A stretch of 14,087 nucleotides of DNA from NCBI GenBank assembly GCA_044222475.1, contig JBGANF010000177.1:1-14087 (forward strand), written 5' to 3'. Numbering within the stretch: position 1 is the stretch's first letter; every line of letters starts with the position of its first letter. The notes under the pieces are model-generated. The model saw only the letters and a program-made list of their open reading frames with translations, made no database searches and was not told where the DNA came from. The position numbers and the translations under genes were made by a program. Origin of the DNA: Polyangiaceae bacterium. Its GTDB lineage: Bacteria; Myxococcota_A; Polyangia; Polyangiales; Polyangiaceae. Positions 1-7,612 of the stretch are shown in pieces.

Positions 1-1233
1 CGCCTCGGCGCGGAGCGTTTCTCGCGTGCCGAGCGCGACGGGCGAACCATGGCTCGCCCCTCCGTCGTCACGGTAGCTGGTCGCCTCGACCGCGCCACGG
101 AAGACTACCGGCCCCGCTTCGGTGCCCACGAGCGCGGGCACGAAGCGCGGGGCGCTCGAGGTGAAACGGACCCAGCCCTTGCCGGTGTGCTCGCCTTCGA
201 GGCCGAGCTCTTCGCTCGGGCGCGCGCGCGCCGAAGCGACGAAGAAGAGGAGAGCGATCGCGCCGGCCAGCATCACGCCGAACAGCCAGCTCGAGGGTGG
301 CCCAACGGTCGGGACGTCGTGAGCGGCGAGCGACGTCGACTCGAGCGTGGATCCGTCGATCACGGTCTGCGGGTAGTAGGCGGTGCTCGCGTCGCTGAAC
401 GCGCGCTCGACGACGAACGCATCGTGGCCTCGGAACGACGGCACGTAGCGCACGCGGAGGTCGGGGCATCGCTCGCGCACCTCCCCCTTGTCGTAGAGGT
501 ACGCGATCGAGTGGCGCTCTTCGCGCGCACCGCGGATGACGAGCAACGCGCAGCTTCGGCCCACGCCGCGCGCGGGCTCGAGCTCGGTGGTGGTGACGCC
601 CTCGCCGATGCGGTGCTGCACGATGAAGGTCGCGCCGGCGATTTCGGTGGGCGCGGTGTCCCATGCGTCGGCGGTGGCCATCGGCGTGGTGACCCTTGGC
701 AGCTCCGTCACCGTCAGCGACGCGAGGAAGCTGCTCCGCGACTCGCGAGGTCCGTGTGTCGCGAGCACGGCGGTCAGCGCGAGGAGCGCGGCGATGGCCG
801 TCGCGGCGATTACCCGCAGGGCGAGCTCGGTGCGTCGCCGCGTGGCGGCTCGCGCGACGAACGCACCGAGGGTGCCGGTGCCGAGGCTCGACACGACGCT
901 GGCGATCGCGAGGAACATGCCGGCGGTGACCTCCGCGGTGCCGCAGCGCCAGCCGGACGCGACGATCGGCGCGTCGAGGATCGACGTCGATGCGATCCAC
1001 AGCGGGCCGCCGTATCCGAGCGCTGCGAACGCGCCCACGATCGCGGCCGCGGGTCCGACCTGGCGACGGAGGGCGATCGCGCCGATCGCCGCGGCGAGCG
1101 GGACGAGCGCGGCGATCGCGGGGATCGCGCCGCCCTCGAGCGAGAAGCCGATGACGATCCCCGCGCCCGCTGCGAGCGCGAGAAGAGGGACCAGCAGCGC
1201 CAGGGCGAAAAAGGGACTGCGCCGCGCTTTCAT
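1..1233 (-). CDS. Hypothetical multi-pass membrane protein, partial (runs off the left edge, >=411 aa)
   Basis: Hand translation from ATG at 1233: MKARRSPFFALALLVPLLALAAGAGIVIGFSLEGG... I found no stop before position 1. It has about 5 N-terminal hydrophobic segments, a soluble domain with two Cys, a further TM (WLFGVMLAGAIALLFFVA) and a tail. Codon usage is GC3-rich. It is absent from the ORF track because no stop lies in the window; the + ORF 49..1242 is its antisense shadow. Confidence 0.8.
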   Translation of the reverse strand, partial: MKARRSPFFALALLVPLLALAAGAGIVIGFSLEGGAIPAIAALVPLAAAIGAIALRRQVGPAAAIVGAFAALGYGGPLWIASTSILDAPIVASGWRCGTAEVTAGMFLAIASVVSSLGTGTLGAFVARAATRRRTELALRVIAATAIAALLALTAVLATHGPRESRSSFLASLTVTELPRVTTPMATADAWDTAPTEIAGATFIVQHRIGEGVTTTELEPARGVGRSCALLVIRGAREERHSIAYLYDKGEVRERCPDLRVRYVPSFRGHDAFVVERAFSDASTAYYPQTVIDGSTLESTSLAAHDVPTVGPPSSWLFGVMLAGAIALLFFVASARARPSEELGLEGEHTGKGWVRFTSSAPRFVPALVGTEAGPVVFRGAVEATSYRDDGGASHGSPVALGTRETLRAEA

Positions 1234-1242
1234 GGGGGCTGA

Positions 1243-1268
1243 TACGGAACGGAACCCCTGGGAATTCC
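1243..1268 (-). promoter_or_regulatory. Possible ECF-sigma-type promoter for the leftward membrane protein gene
   Basis: The minus strand reads GGAAT-N17-CGTA, then 9 nt to the ATG at 1233. This resembles the GGAAC...CGT ECF consensus, but the motifs are short. Confidence 0.35.
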
Positions 1269-1294
1269 TGGCAAGTCGGCCTCGACGCCAAAAA

Positions 1295-1310
1295 CGTCAG
1301 CCGGCTGCCG
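1295..1310. promoter_or_regulatory. Palindromic operator/UAS candidate, copy A (CGTCAGCCGGCTGCCG)
   Basis: 16-bp palindrome with one mismatched pair in the divergent intergenic region. Similar to the copies at 1338-1353 and 13398-13413. Confidence 0.55.
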
Positions 1311-1337
1311 ACGCCTGCGCCCCCCCCGGCCCAGAGA

Positions 1338-1353
1338 CGTCTGCCGGCTAACC
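1338..1353. promoter_or_regulatory. Palindromic operator/UAS candidate, copy B (CGTCTGCCGGCTAACC)
   Basis: 14/16 match to the consensus CGTYAGCCGGCTRACG. It lies 43 bp from copy A and about 130 bp upstream of the predicted sigma-54 start site. Confidence 0.5.
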
Positions 1354-1362
1354 ATTTCTGGA

Positions 1363-1385
1363 GGCTGGATCGGATGGGCTGGATC
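1363..1385 (+). repeat. Direct repeat GGCTGGATC x2 (14-bp period)
   Basis: Exact 9-mers at 1363-1371 and 1377-1385 in the intergenic region. Confidence 0.6.
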
Positions 1386-1429
1386 CTAGATTGCCCACCT
1401 ACACCACCAATGTAGGATAAAAGTCTACA
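1385..1429. promoter_or_regulatory. Phased CTACA/TGTAG half-site array in an AT-richer patch
   Basis: CCTAGA (1385), CCTACA (1398), TGTAGG (1411) and TCTACA (1424) start exactly 13 bp apart. CCTACA-N7-TGTAGG is a perfect inverted repeat. Confidence 0.45.
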
Positions 1430-1448
1430 AAAGGCGCTGATGTGGCAT

Positions 1449-1464
1449 TGGCACCATGTTTGCT
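1449..1464 (+). promoter_or_regulatory. Sigma-54 (RpoN) -24/-12 promoter
   Basis: TGGCACCATGTTTGCT matches TGGCACG-N4-TTGCW with the canonical GG-N10-GC spacing. Predicted +1 is about 1475 and the ATG is at 1477. Confidence 0.8.
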
Positions 1465-1476
1465 CTAGGGCGACGC

Positions 1477-3054
1477 ATGAATAGCCGCTCGATCAAGCTC
1501 GGTCTCGCCGCCCTCTCCGTCCTCGCCGCCACGTCCGTGGCCGGCTGCTCGGCCAACGTCGACGACTTCGATGCGGACGACGAGGCGCTCACCAGCCTCA
1601 CGGCGCGCTCCCGCAGCCTGCGGTTCGACGGCTACGTCTACGTCGACGCGAACGCGAGCGACCAGACGATCCTCTCCGCGGTTCGCGCGCAGACGCAGAC
1701 CGCGTTCGGTGCGCTCCGCACCTCCGAGATCTCGGTCAACAGCCGCGAGCTCAAGGACGTCGACCCGAAGACCTTCAAGAAGACGACGGTCACCGTCGCC
1801 GACCCGACGATCCCGAACGACCCGGGCAAGAAGATGCTCAAGGTCACGTACCGCTACACCGACATGGCGGTCGTCCCCGTGTCGATGGCGCGTCGCACGT
1901 CGCTCTCCAGCGCGGTGATGAACGGCAACTACCGCTACCAGACGCAGCGAATCCTCAAGGAGTGCACGTCGAACGACAGCCACGCGCAGGAGTTCTCGGG
2001 CAGCATCTGGTACGTGTTCGAGCCCCGCATCGCGTCGTGCAAGACCGCGATCAGCGCGGAGAAGAAGCAGATCGCGGCGGACCAGGACAAAGTCGGCGCG
2101 GGCAAGCTCCCGAAGTCCGAGGTCGAGCGCCTCTACATCCCCGTCACCGTCAGCCTCGGCTCCGACAAGACGAACAAGGGCCAGAGCTACCCCGAGTACG
2201 ATCGCCTCTACGCGGGCGGCGTGCAGAAGGACAAAGTCGTCATCGGCCTCGTCAGCGGCATGATCGACCACGGCAACGCCGACCCGACGCAGGACTCCGG
2301 CTTCAACGAGTTCGCGGACGAGCTTCGTGAGGCCTTCCGCGGTCACACCTTCAAGCTCGCGAAGTCGGAGCCGGCCGAAGACTTCACCAAGGTCACCGTC
2401 GGCACGAAGACGTACACGTTCAACGGCATCCAGGACTGGCTGAACTGGAAGGACGGCTCGGGCTTCCCGGCGGGCGTGAGCTACTCCGACCGCGACGCGC
2501 TCGTCTCCGCGGTCTCGAAGAAGATCCTCCGCCACTGGCTCACGTTCGAGGCGCCCGTCACCGTCAAGGTCGGCACCGGCGCGGCGCACCCCGTGACGCT
2601 CGTCATCCAGGCCTACTTCGGGTCGGAGAGCGGGCAAGAGCCGCACAAGCGCGCGATCAAGACGAGCGACGTCTACATCTACAACGGCCACTCCTACATC
2701 GGCTACGGCCCGCTCGACCCGTCGAACTTCACGAGCTCGGACTTCCCGTCGAGCTACCAGATCATGTTCATCGACGGTTGCGTCTCGTACAACTACTACG
2801 AGAAGGACTACCTCCCGCTGAAGACCGGCGGGACGAAGAACCTCGACCTCGTGACGAACGGCCTCGAAGCTCCGTCGTGGCGCAGCGGCTATGCGGTCGG
2901 CGCGTTCGTGTCGACGCTGCTCAACGGTCGCCAGGCGAGCTACCTCGATCTCCTCAACGCCGCCGAAGCGACCGACTCGCTCCGCGTCGTCGACGGCGAG
3001 GTCGACAACAAGTACGTGCCGAGCGCCACGCCGATCACGGTGACGAACCGCTGA
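1477..3054 (+). CDS. Lipoprotein (525 aa) with a putative C-terminal clan CD (caspase/gingipain-like) cysteine peptidase domain
   Basis: Signal peptide MNSRSIKLGLAALSVLAATSVAG-C24 with a lipobox, then an acidic linker (DDFDADDEALT). The C-terminal part has DVYIYNGHS and YQIMFIDGCVSY, a beta-strand-GH ... beta-strand-C pattern. Start moved from 1456 (inside the sigma-54 element) to 1477. The CDS is certain; the function is inferred. Confidence 0.85.
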   Translation: MNSRSIKLGLAALSVLAATSVAGCSANVDDFDADDEALTSLTARSRSLRFDGYVYVDANASDQTILSAVRAQTQTAFGALRTSEISVNSRELKDVDPKTFKKTTVTVADPTIPNDPGKKMLKVTYRYTDMAVVPVSMARRTSLSSAVMNGNYRYQTQRILKECTSNDSHAQEFSGSIWYVFEPRIASCKTAISAEKKQIAADQDKVGAGKLPKSEVERLYIPVTVSLGSDKTNKGQSYPEYDRLYAGGVQKDKVVIGLVSGMIDHGNADPTQDSGFNEFADELREAFRGHTFKLAKSEPAEDFTKVTVGTKTYTFNGIQDWLNWKDGSGFPAGVSYSDRDALVSAVSKKILRHWLTFEAPVTVKVGTGAAHPVTLVIQAYFGSESGQEPHKRAIKTSDVYIYNGHSYIGYGPLDPSNFTSSDFPSSYQIMFIDGCVSYNYYEKDYLPLKTGGTKNLDLVTNGLEAPSWRSGYAVGAFVSTLLNGRQASYLDLLNAAEATDSLRVVDGEVDNKYVPSATPITVTNR

Positions 3055-3078
3055 AGGATCGGTACGATCGACGCCCCA

Positions 3079-4953
3079 GTGAGCGTCGTCCCTGGCAGTG
3101 ATCTCATCGCGTTGCTCCTTGCCCTGCAGAAGGACAACGGGTGGGGCACGATCGACGTCGACGCCGGCACCACCCACACCTGCATCTACGTCGCCAACGG
3201 GAAGCCCGTCTTCGCCGAGGAGGGGACGCTCACCGACGCCCTCGGCCGACTCCTCGTTCGCGAGGGAGTCCTCACCACCGAGCAGTACGTCGCCATCCTC
3301 GAGCGCATGACCGAGCGCATCGTCGGCAGCGAGCCGATGCGGTTCGGTGAGGTCGCGGTGGAGCTCGGCTTCCTCACCGTGCAGCAGGTCCACGATGCGC
3401 TGGCCGCGCAGGTGCAACAGAAGGTGATCCGCGCGCTCTCGCAGCCGGACGCGAAGTTCACCTTCCGCGCGTCACGCGATTGGGCGGGCGAGGTGGGCAG
3501 GTTCACCTCCGACGTCGAACCCCTCGTTCTTCACGTGGCGGCAACCTTCGACGAAGACCGCGTGAATGCGCTGCTGAGACCGGACGACGTCACCGTCCCC
3601 CGCCTCTCGGCGCCGGCGGACGAGATCGCCACCACGCTCCGACTCGGTACGAGCGAGACCCGGTGGCTCTCGAAGCTCGACGGGTCCGCGTCGACGCGCG
3701 ACCTCCTCGACTCGACCGAGGTCGAGGCGTCGCCCATCCTGTGCGCGCTCGTCCTCTGCGGGATGATGACGCTGGAGAAGCCCGCCGTTCCATCCCTCGT
3801 TCCACCCGCGCCTCCTGCTCGATCCCGAACCGCACCGCGCCGGCGACTCATCCGCCCAGCGCAGAAGCCTTCCGCCCCGGATGTCGCGCCCGAGTCGACG
3901 GCGGAGTCGCGCGAGAAGGCTGCGGTCGCCCTCAAACAGCTGTGGGAGTCGCGCCGCGACAAAGAGAAGACCGCGCCTCCGGTCACGCCCAAGAACCCGC
4001 AGGAGGCGCGTCTGCTCGCCGAGGGCGCTTTTCAACACGGCGTCGCCCACCTCCACGGCGGGAACTTCGCGCGCGCCGTGGAGCAGCTGAAGCGCGCCGT
4101 CGAGCTCGTCCCCGATGCGAAGGAGTACGCCCTCCACGCGCAGTGGGCAGAGTACGCCACCCAGACGACGCTCGACGAGACGCAGCGAAGGAAGGCGCTC
4201 GTCGAGCTCGGCGCGGCTGCGAGCGCGGCGCTCGGCGAGCTCCCCGATCTCGGCTTCGCCCACTACGTCCTCGGGCAGGTTCGGCTCTTCGCCGGCAACG
4301 AAGACCAAGCGAAGAAGTTCTTTCGGCGGGCACGTCAGCTCGACCCCGCGCTCGTCGACGCCGAGCGACAGCTTCGGATCCTCGAGCTCCGGAAATCGAA
4401 GGACGCTGCGCCTCCGACGCCGGTCGCCGCGACCGCGCCGGCGGAGCCAACCACGAAGCGCGCCGTCGAAGCGACGGCTGCGGCCCCCTCGCGCGCGCGA
4501 ACGCTCGTTCTCGCGGGCGGTCTTCTGGTCGTCGTGATCGCTGCAGCGGTCGTCCTTTGGCCATCGCGGCCCGCCGCGCCACCACCGGCGGCGGCGACGA
4601 CGACCCAGAAGCCGCAACCCGCGCCCCCACCGCCGACGGTCGTTCCGAGCGCGACGCCGTCCATCGCACCGAGCGCCGCGCCGTCGGTCGCACCGAGCGC
4701 CGCGCCGTCGATTGCACCGAGCGCCGCGCCGTCGATCGCACCGAGCGCGAGCCAATCCGCCAGCGACGGGTTCGGTGAGCTCTCGACCGGGCCGGCCGGT
4801 CGGGGTCATCGGTTGCTCGTGGACGGGCGCTCGATCGGAGAGGGACCGGGCCCGTTCCGCGTCCGATGCGGCGCGCACACGGTCCAGATCGGCAGTGCGG
4901 GCTCGCCCAAGCGGGTCGAAGTTCCCTGCGGGGGCACGCTGCGCGTGGATTGA
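3079..4953 (+). CDS. DUF4388/PATAN-like N-terminal domain with MshEN-like motifs, TPR repeats, one TM, Pro/Ala/Ser linker and C-terminal PEGA-like domain (624 aa)
   Basis: N-terminus LIALLLAL...WGTIDV...IYVANGKPVFA, then LGRLLVREGVLT and RFGEVAVELGFLTVQQVHDALAAQ. TPR-like helices: AFQHGVAHLHGGNFARAVEQLKRAVELVP and AHYVLGQVRLFAGNEDQAKKFFRRARQLDP. TM at about 4501-4560. C-terminus GELST...LLVDGRSIGEGP...GAHTVQI. Confidence 0.8.
   Translation: MSVVPGSDLIALLLALQKDNGWGTIDVDAGTTHTCIYVANGKPVFAEEGTLTDALGRLLVREGVLTTEQYVAILERMTERIVGSEPMRFGEVAVELGFLTVQQVHDALAAQVQQKVIRALSQPDAKFTFRASRDWAGEVGRFTSDVEPLVLHVAATFDEDRVNALLRPDDVTVPRLSAPADEIATTLRLGTSETRWLSKLDGSASTRDLLDSTEVEASPILCALVLCGMMTLEKPAVPSLVPPAPPARSRTAPRRRLIRPAQKPSAPDVAPESTAESREKAAVALKQLWESRRDKEKTAPPVTPKNPQEARLLAEGAFQHGVAHLHGGNFARAVEQLKRAVELVPDAKEYALHAQWAEYATQTTLDETQRRKALVELGAAASAALGELPDLGFAHYVLGQVRLFAGNEDQAKKFFRRARQLDPALVDAERQLRILELRKSKDAAPPTPVAATAPAEPTTKRAVEATAAAPSRARTLVLAGGLLVVVIAAAVVLWPSRPAAPPPAAATTTQKPQPAPPPPTVVPSATPSIAPSAAPSVAPSAAPSIAPSAAPSIAPSASQSASDGFGELSTGPAGRGHRLLVDGRSIGEGPGPFRVRCGAHTVQIGSAGSPKRVEVPCGGTLRVD
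4633..4749 (+). repeat. Intragenic 24-bp tandem repeat (about 5 units) encoding PS[I/V]APSAA
   Basis: Units ccgtc(c/g)(a/g)t(c/t)gcaccgagcgccgcg start at 4657, 4681, 4705 and 4729 (the last is truncated), with a degenerate unit at 4633. Confidence 0.9.
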
Positions 4954-4981
4954 CGACCCACCTGCGCTAGGGTTCGTTCCC

Positions 4982-6400
4982 GTGACGCGAGCGAGCCAAC
5001 GATCCAGCACTGCCGATACGGCGCTTCGCGCGTTCCTCGCGCGGAACGGCGTGCAAGGGTCGATCGCGGCGCTGATCTTCGCGTGGTCCGGCATCACCAT
5101 CACCGAGATCGCGCTCCGAGGATCCCAGGCTGGGACGTTGCTGGAGCTCTTGTCGACCGCGATCGCGATCGTCTTCACCGCCGAGCTCGCCCTTCGGGCG
5201 ATCGCGATGAAGGATCGCGCCCGCTTCTTGCGCGAGCACTGGCTCGACATCCTCGCCGTCGCCTCGGCGGTCCCCGGTCTCGCGGCCGCGTTCCCCGCGG
5301 TGCGCCTGTTCCGCCTTCTGCGGCTCTTCCGCTTCGTGAAGATCGCGCAGCGGCTCCCGCTCTTGTCCGGCGTCGTGAAGCGCTACAACGCGCGTCGTGC
5401 GATCGGCCTCGCCGGGGTGATCGCGCTGATCGCCACGACCTCGGCGGCGGCGTTGATCGCCTTCGAAGGCAAGGAGAACCCGGAGCTCTCCAGCTTCTCC
5501 CAGGCCCTCTGGTTCAGCCTTTATTCGATCTTTGCCACCCAACCGACGCCCGACCCGCCCTTGTCGCTCGGCGGCAAGGTCGTCTCTCTGCTACTCATCT
5601 TCACCGGGCTCAGTACGTTCGCTCTCTTGACCGGCACGATCTCCGCGGTCGTCCAGAGCACGATGAAGAACGAAGGATCGACCGTGGACTGGAAAGACCT
5701 CGAGAACCACGTGATCATCTGCGGCTGGAACCGCAAGGCAGAGATCATCATCCGCGAGCACTCGGCGGCCGAGAAGGAGTCGACGATGCCCGTCGTCGTG
5801 ATCCACCGCTTCGAGGGCGCACACCCGAGCGTGGACCCGTCGATCGCCGGCAAGGTTCAGTTCCTCGACGACGATTTCACCAAGGTCAGCGCGCTCGAGC
5901 GTGCTGGGATCGCGCGCGCGAAGACGTGCATCCTTCTGTCCGACACGTCGCGAGGCCGCAGCGAGCGCGACGCCGACGCGCGCACGATCCTGGCCGCGCT
6001 CACCGTCGAGAAGCTCGCTCCGAACGTCTACACCTGCGCCGAGCTCAACCGGCGCGAGCATGCCGAGCACCTCGGCCTCGGCAACGTCGACGACTTCGTC
6101 GTCAGCGGCGAGCACAGTGCGTTCCTCCTCGCGCAGGCGGCGCAGAACCGCGGCGTGATGAACGTGTTCAACGAGCTTCTCACCTACGAGTACGGTCACA
6201 AGTTCTGCACCATCAAGGTGAAGAAGGACTGGGTCGGTACGTCGTTCCTCGACGTGTTCGTCGAGCTGAAGAAGACGTGCAACGTGACCCCGGTGGCGAT
6301 CCTGGATCGCGAGGGGAATCGCACCCTCAACCCCGGCGACGTCCCGCTGAAGAAGGGCGACGTCCTCGTCGTCATCGCCCAACAGGATTTCGAGGCCTGA
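4982..6400 (+). CDS. Voltage-gated-type (6TM) cation channel with C-terminal RCK (TrkA-N/C) domain, about 472 aa
   Basis: S2 IVFTAELALR, S3 WLDILAV, Arg-periodic S4 VRLFRLLRLFRFVK, pore helix SFSQALWFSLYSIF, and RCK Rossmann motif NHVIICGWNRKA with later ALERAGIARAK and DADARTILAALTVE. Start placed at GTG 4982, because the ORF-track start 4712 overlaps the upstream gene. Confidence 0.88.
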   Translation: MTRASQRSSTADTALRAFLARNGVQGSIAALIFAWSGITITEIALRGSQAGTLLELLSTAIAIVFTAELALRAIAMKDRARFLREHWLDILAVASAVPGLAAAFPAVRLFRLLRLFRFVKIAQRLPLLSGVVKRYNARRAIGLAGVIALIATTSAAALIAFEGKENPELSSFSQALWFSLYSIFATQPTPDPPLSLGGKVVSLLLIFTGLSTFALLTGTISAVVQSTMKNEGSTVDWKDLENHVIICGWNRKAEIIIREHSAAEKESTMPVVVIHRFEGAHPSVDPSIAGKVQFLDDDFTKVSALERAGIARAKTCILLSDTSRGRSERDADARTILAALTVEKLAPNVYTCAELNRREHAEHLGLGNVDDFVVSGEHSAFLLAQAAQNRGVMNVFNELLTYEYGHKFCTIKVKKDWVGTSFLDVFVELKKTCNVTPVAILDREGNRTLNPGDVPLKKGDVLVVIAQQDFEA

Positions 6401-6401
6401 C

Positions 6402-7607
6402 ATGGATTTCTCCCTCCCGAAGGAGCTCGACGCGACGCTCGTCAAAGCCCGGAAGATCGTCCGCGAGTCGCTCGCCCCGGTCGAGATCGCGTTCGGCCGG
6501 AAGGGGAGCTTTGCCGCGGTCGTCCCCGAGCTCGAGGCGATCCGCGCCGAGGTGAAGAGGGAAGGGCTCTTCTGTCCCCAGCTGCCGAAGTCGCTCGGAG
6601 GGATGGGGCTCAGCCTGATGGAGCACGCTCGCATGAGCGAAGAGCTCGGGTGGTCTCCCCTCGGGCACTACGTGTTCAACTGCCAGGCCCCCGACGCCGG
6701 CAACATGGAGCTCTTGTCCCAATTTGGGACCGACGAGCAGAAGGCGAAGTTCCTCGCTCCCCTCGTCCGCGGCGAGGTCCGCTCCTGCTTCGCCATGACC
6801 GAGCCCGAGGTCCCGGGGTCCAACCCGACCTGGCTCCTCACCACCGCCAAGCGCGACGGCGACCACTACGTCATCGACGGCCACAAGTGGTTCACCACCG
6901 GGGCCGACGGAGCGGCGTTCACCATCGTGATGGCGGTCACCAACCCCGAGGCGGCCGCGCACCTCCGCGCGAGCCAGATCCTCGTTCCGATGGGGACGCC
7001 GGGGCTCGAGCTCGTGCGAAACATCCCGGTGATGGGGCACGCCGGCGACGGGTGGGTGAGCCACTCCGAGCTTCGCTTCACGAACGTGCGCGTGCCGATC
7101 GCGAACCGTATCGGCGAAGAGGGCCACGGCTTCCTCCTTGCTCAGGAGCGGCTTGGGCCCGGACGCATCCACCACGCGATGCGTTGGATGGGCATCTGCG
7201 AGCGCGCGTTCCACCTGATGTGCGAGCGCGCCGCCAAACGCGAGCTCTCGCCCGGCAAGGCCCTCGGCCGGAAGCAGATCGTCCAGGAGTGGATCGCGGA
7301 GTCGCGCGCCGAGATCCACGCGGCCCGCTTGATGATCCTCCACGCTGCTTGGAAGATGGAGAAGGACGGCGCGCACGGCGCCCGCGAGGAGATCTCGCTG
7401 GTGAAGTTCTACGCCGCCGGAGTGCTCGAGCGCGTCGTCGACCGCGCGGTGCAGGTGCACGGTGCGCTCGGCCTCACGGACGACACGATCCTCGCCGGCT
7501 TCTACCGCTTCGAGCGCGCGGCGCGCATCTACGACGGCGCCGACGAGGTGCACAAGAGCGCCGTCGCCAAGCGCGTGCTTCGTGGCTACGGGATCGACGT
7601 CGGCTAG
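6402..7607 (+). CDS. Acyl-CoA dehydrogenase-family protein, ACAD10/11 (LvaC)-like
   Basis: Motifs FNCQAPDAGNME, SCFAMTEPEVPGSNP, GHKWFTTGA, AQERLGPGRIHH, DRAVQVHGALG and RIYDGADEVH. Asp sits at the catalytic position, as in ACAD10/11. Starts 1 nt after the channel stop. Confidence 0.93.
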   Translation: MDFSLPKELDATLVKARKIVRESLAPVEIAFGRKGSFAAVVPELEAIRAEVKREGLFCPQLPKSLGGMGLSLMEHARMSEELGWSPLGHYVFNCQAPDAGNMELLSQFGTDEQKAKFLAPLVRGEVRSCFAMTEPEVPGSNPTWLLTTAKRDGDHYVIDGHKWFTTGADGAAFTIVMAVTNPEAAAHLRASQILVPMGTPGLELVRNIPVMGHAGDGWVSHSELRFTNVRVPIANRIGEEGHGFLLAQERLGPGRIHHAMRWMGICERAFHLMCERAAKRELSPGKALGRKQIVQEWIAESRAEIHAARLMILHAAWKMEKDGAHGAREEISLVKFYAAGVLERVVDRAVQVHGALGLTDDTILAGFYRFERAARIYDGADEVHKSAVAKRVLRGYGIDVG

Positions 7608-7612
7608 GCCGT

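Noticed and set aside
49..1351. Long ORFs 49..1242 (+), 68..1291 (-) and 536..1351 (+)
   Set aside because: Arg/Gly/Ala-rich or shadow translations typical of high-GC DNA. The minus-strand frame from ATG 1233 gives a coherent membrane protein.
4633..4749. 24-bp repeats as a CRISPR array
   Set aside because: Head-to-tail with no spacers, in frame within a CDS, and no cas genes.
1465..5250. Antisense ORFs 1465..3417 (650 aa) and 3472..5250 (592 aa)
   Set aside because: Antisense shadows of GC3-biased real genes, with no recognisable motifs.
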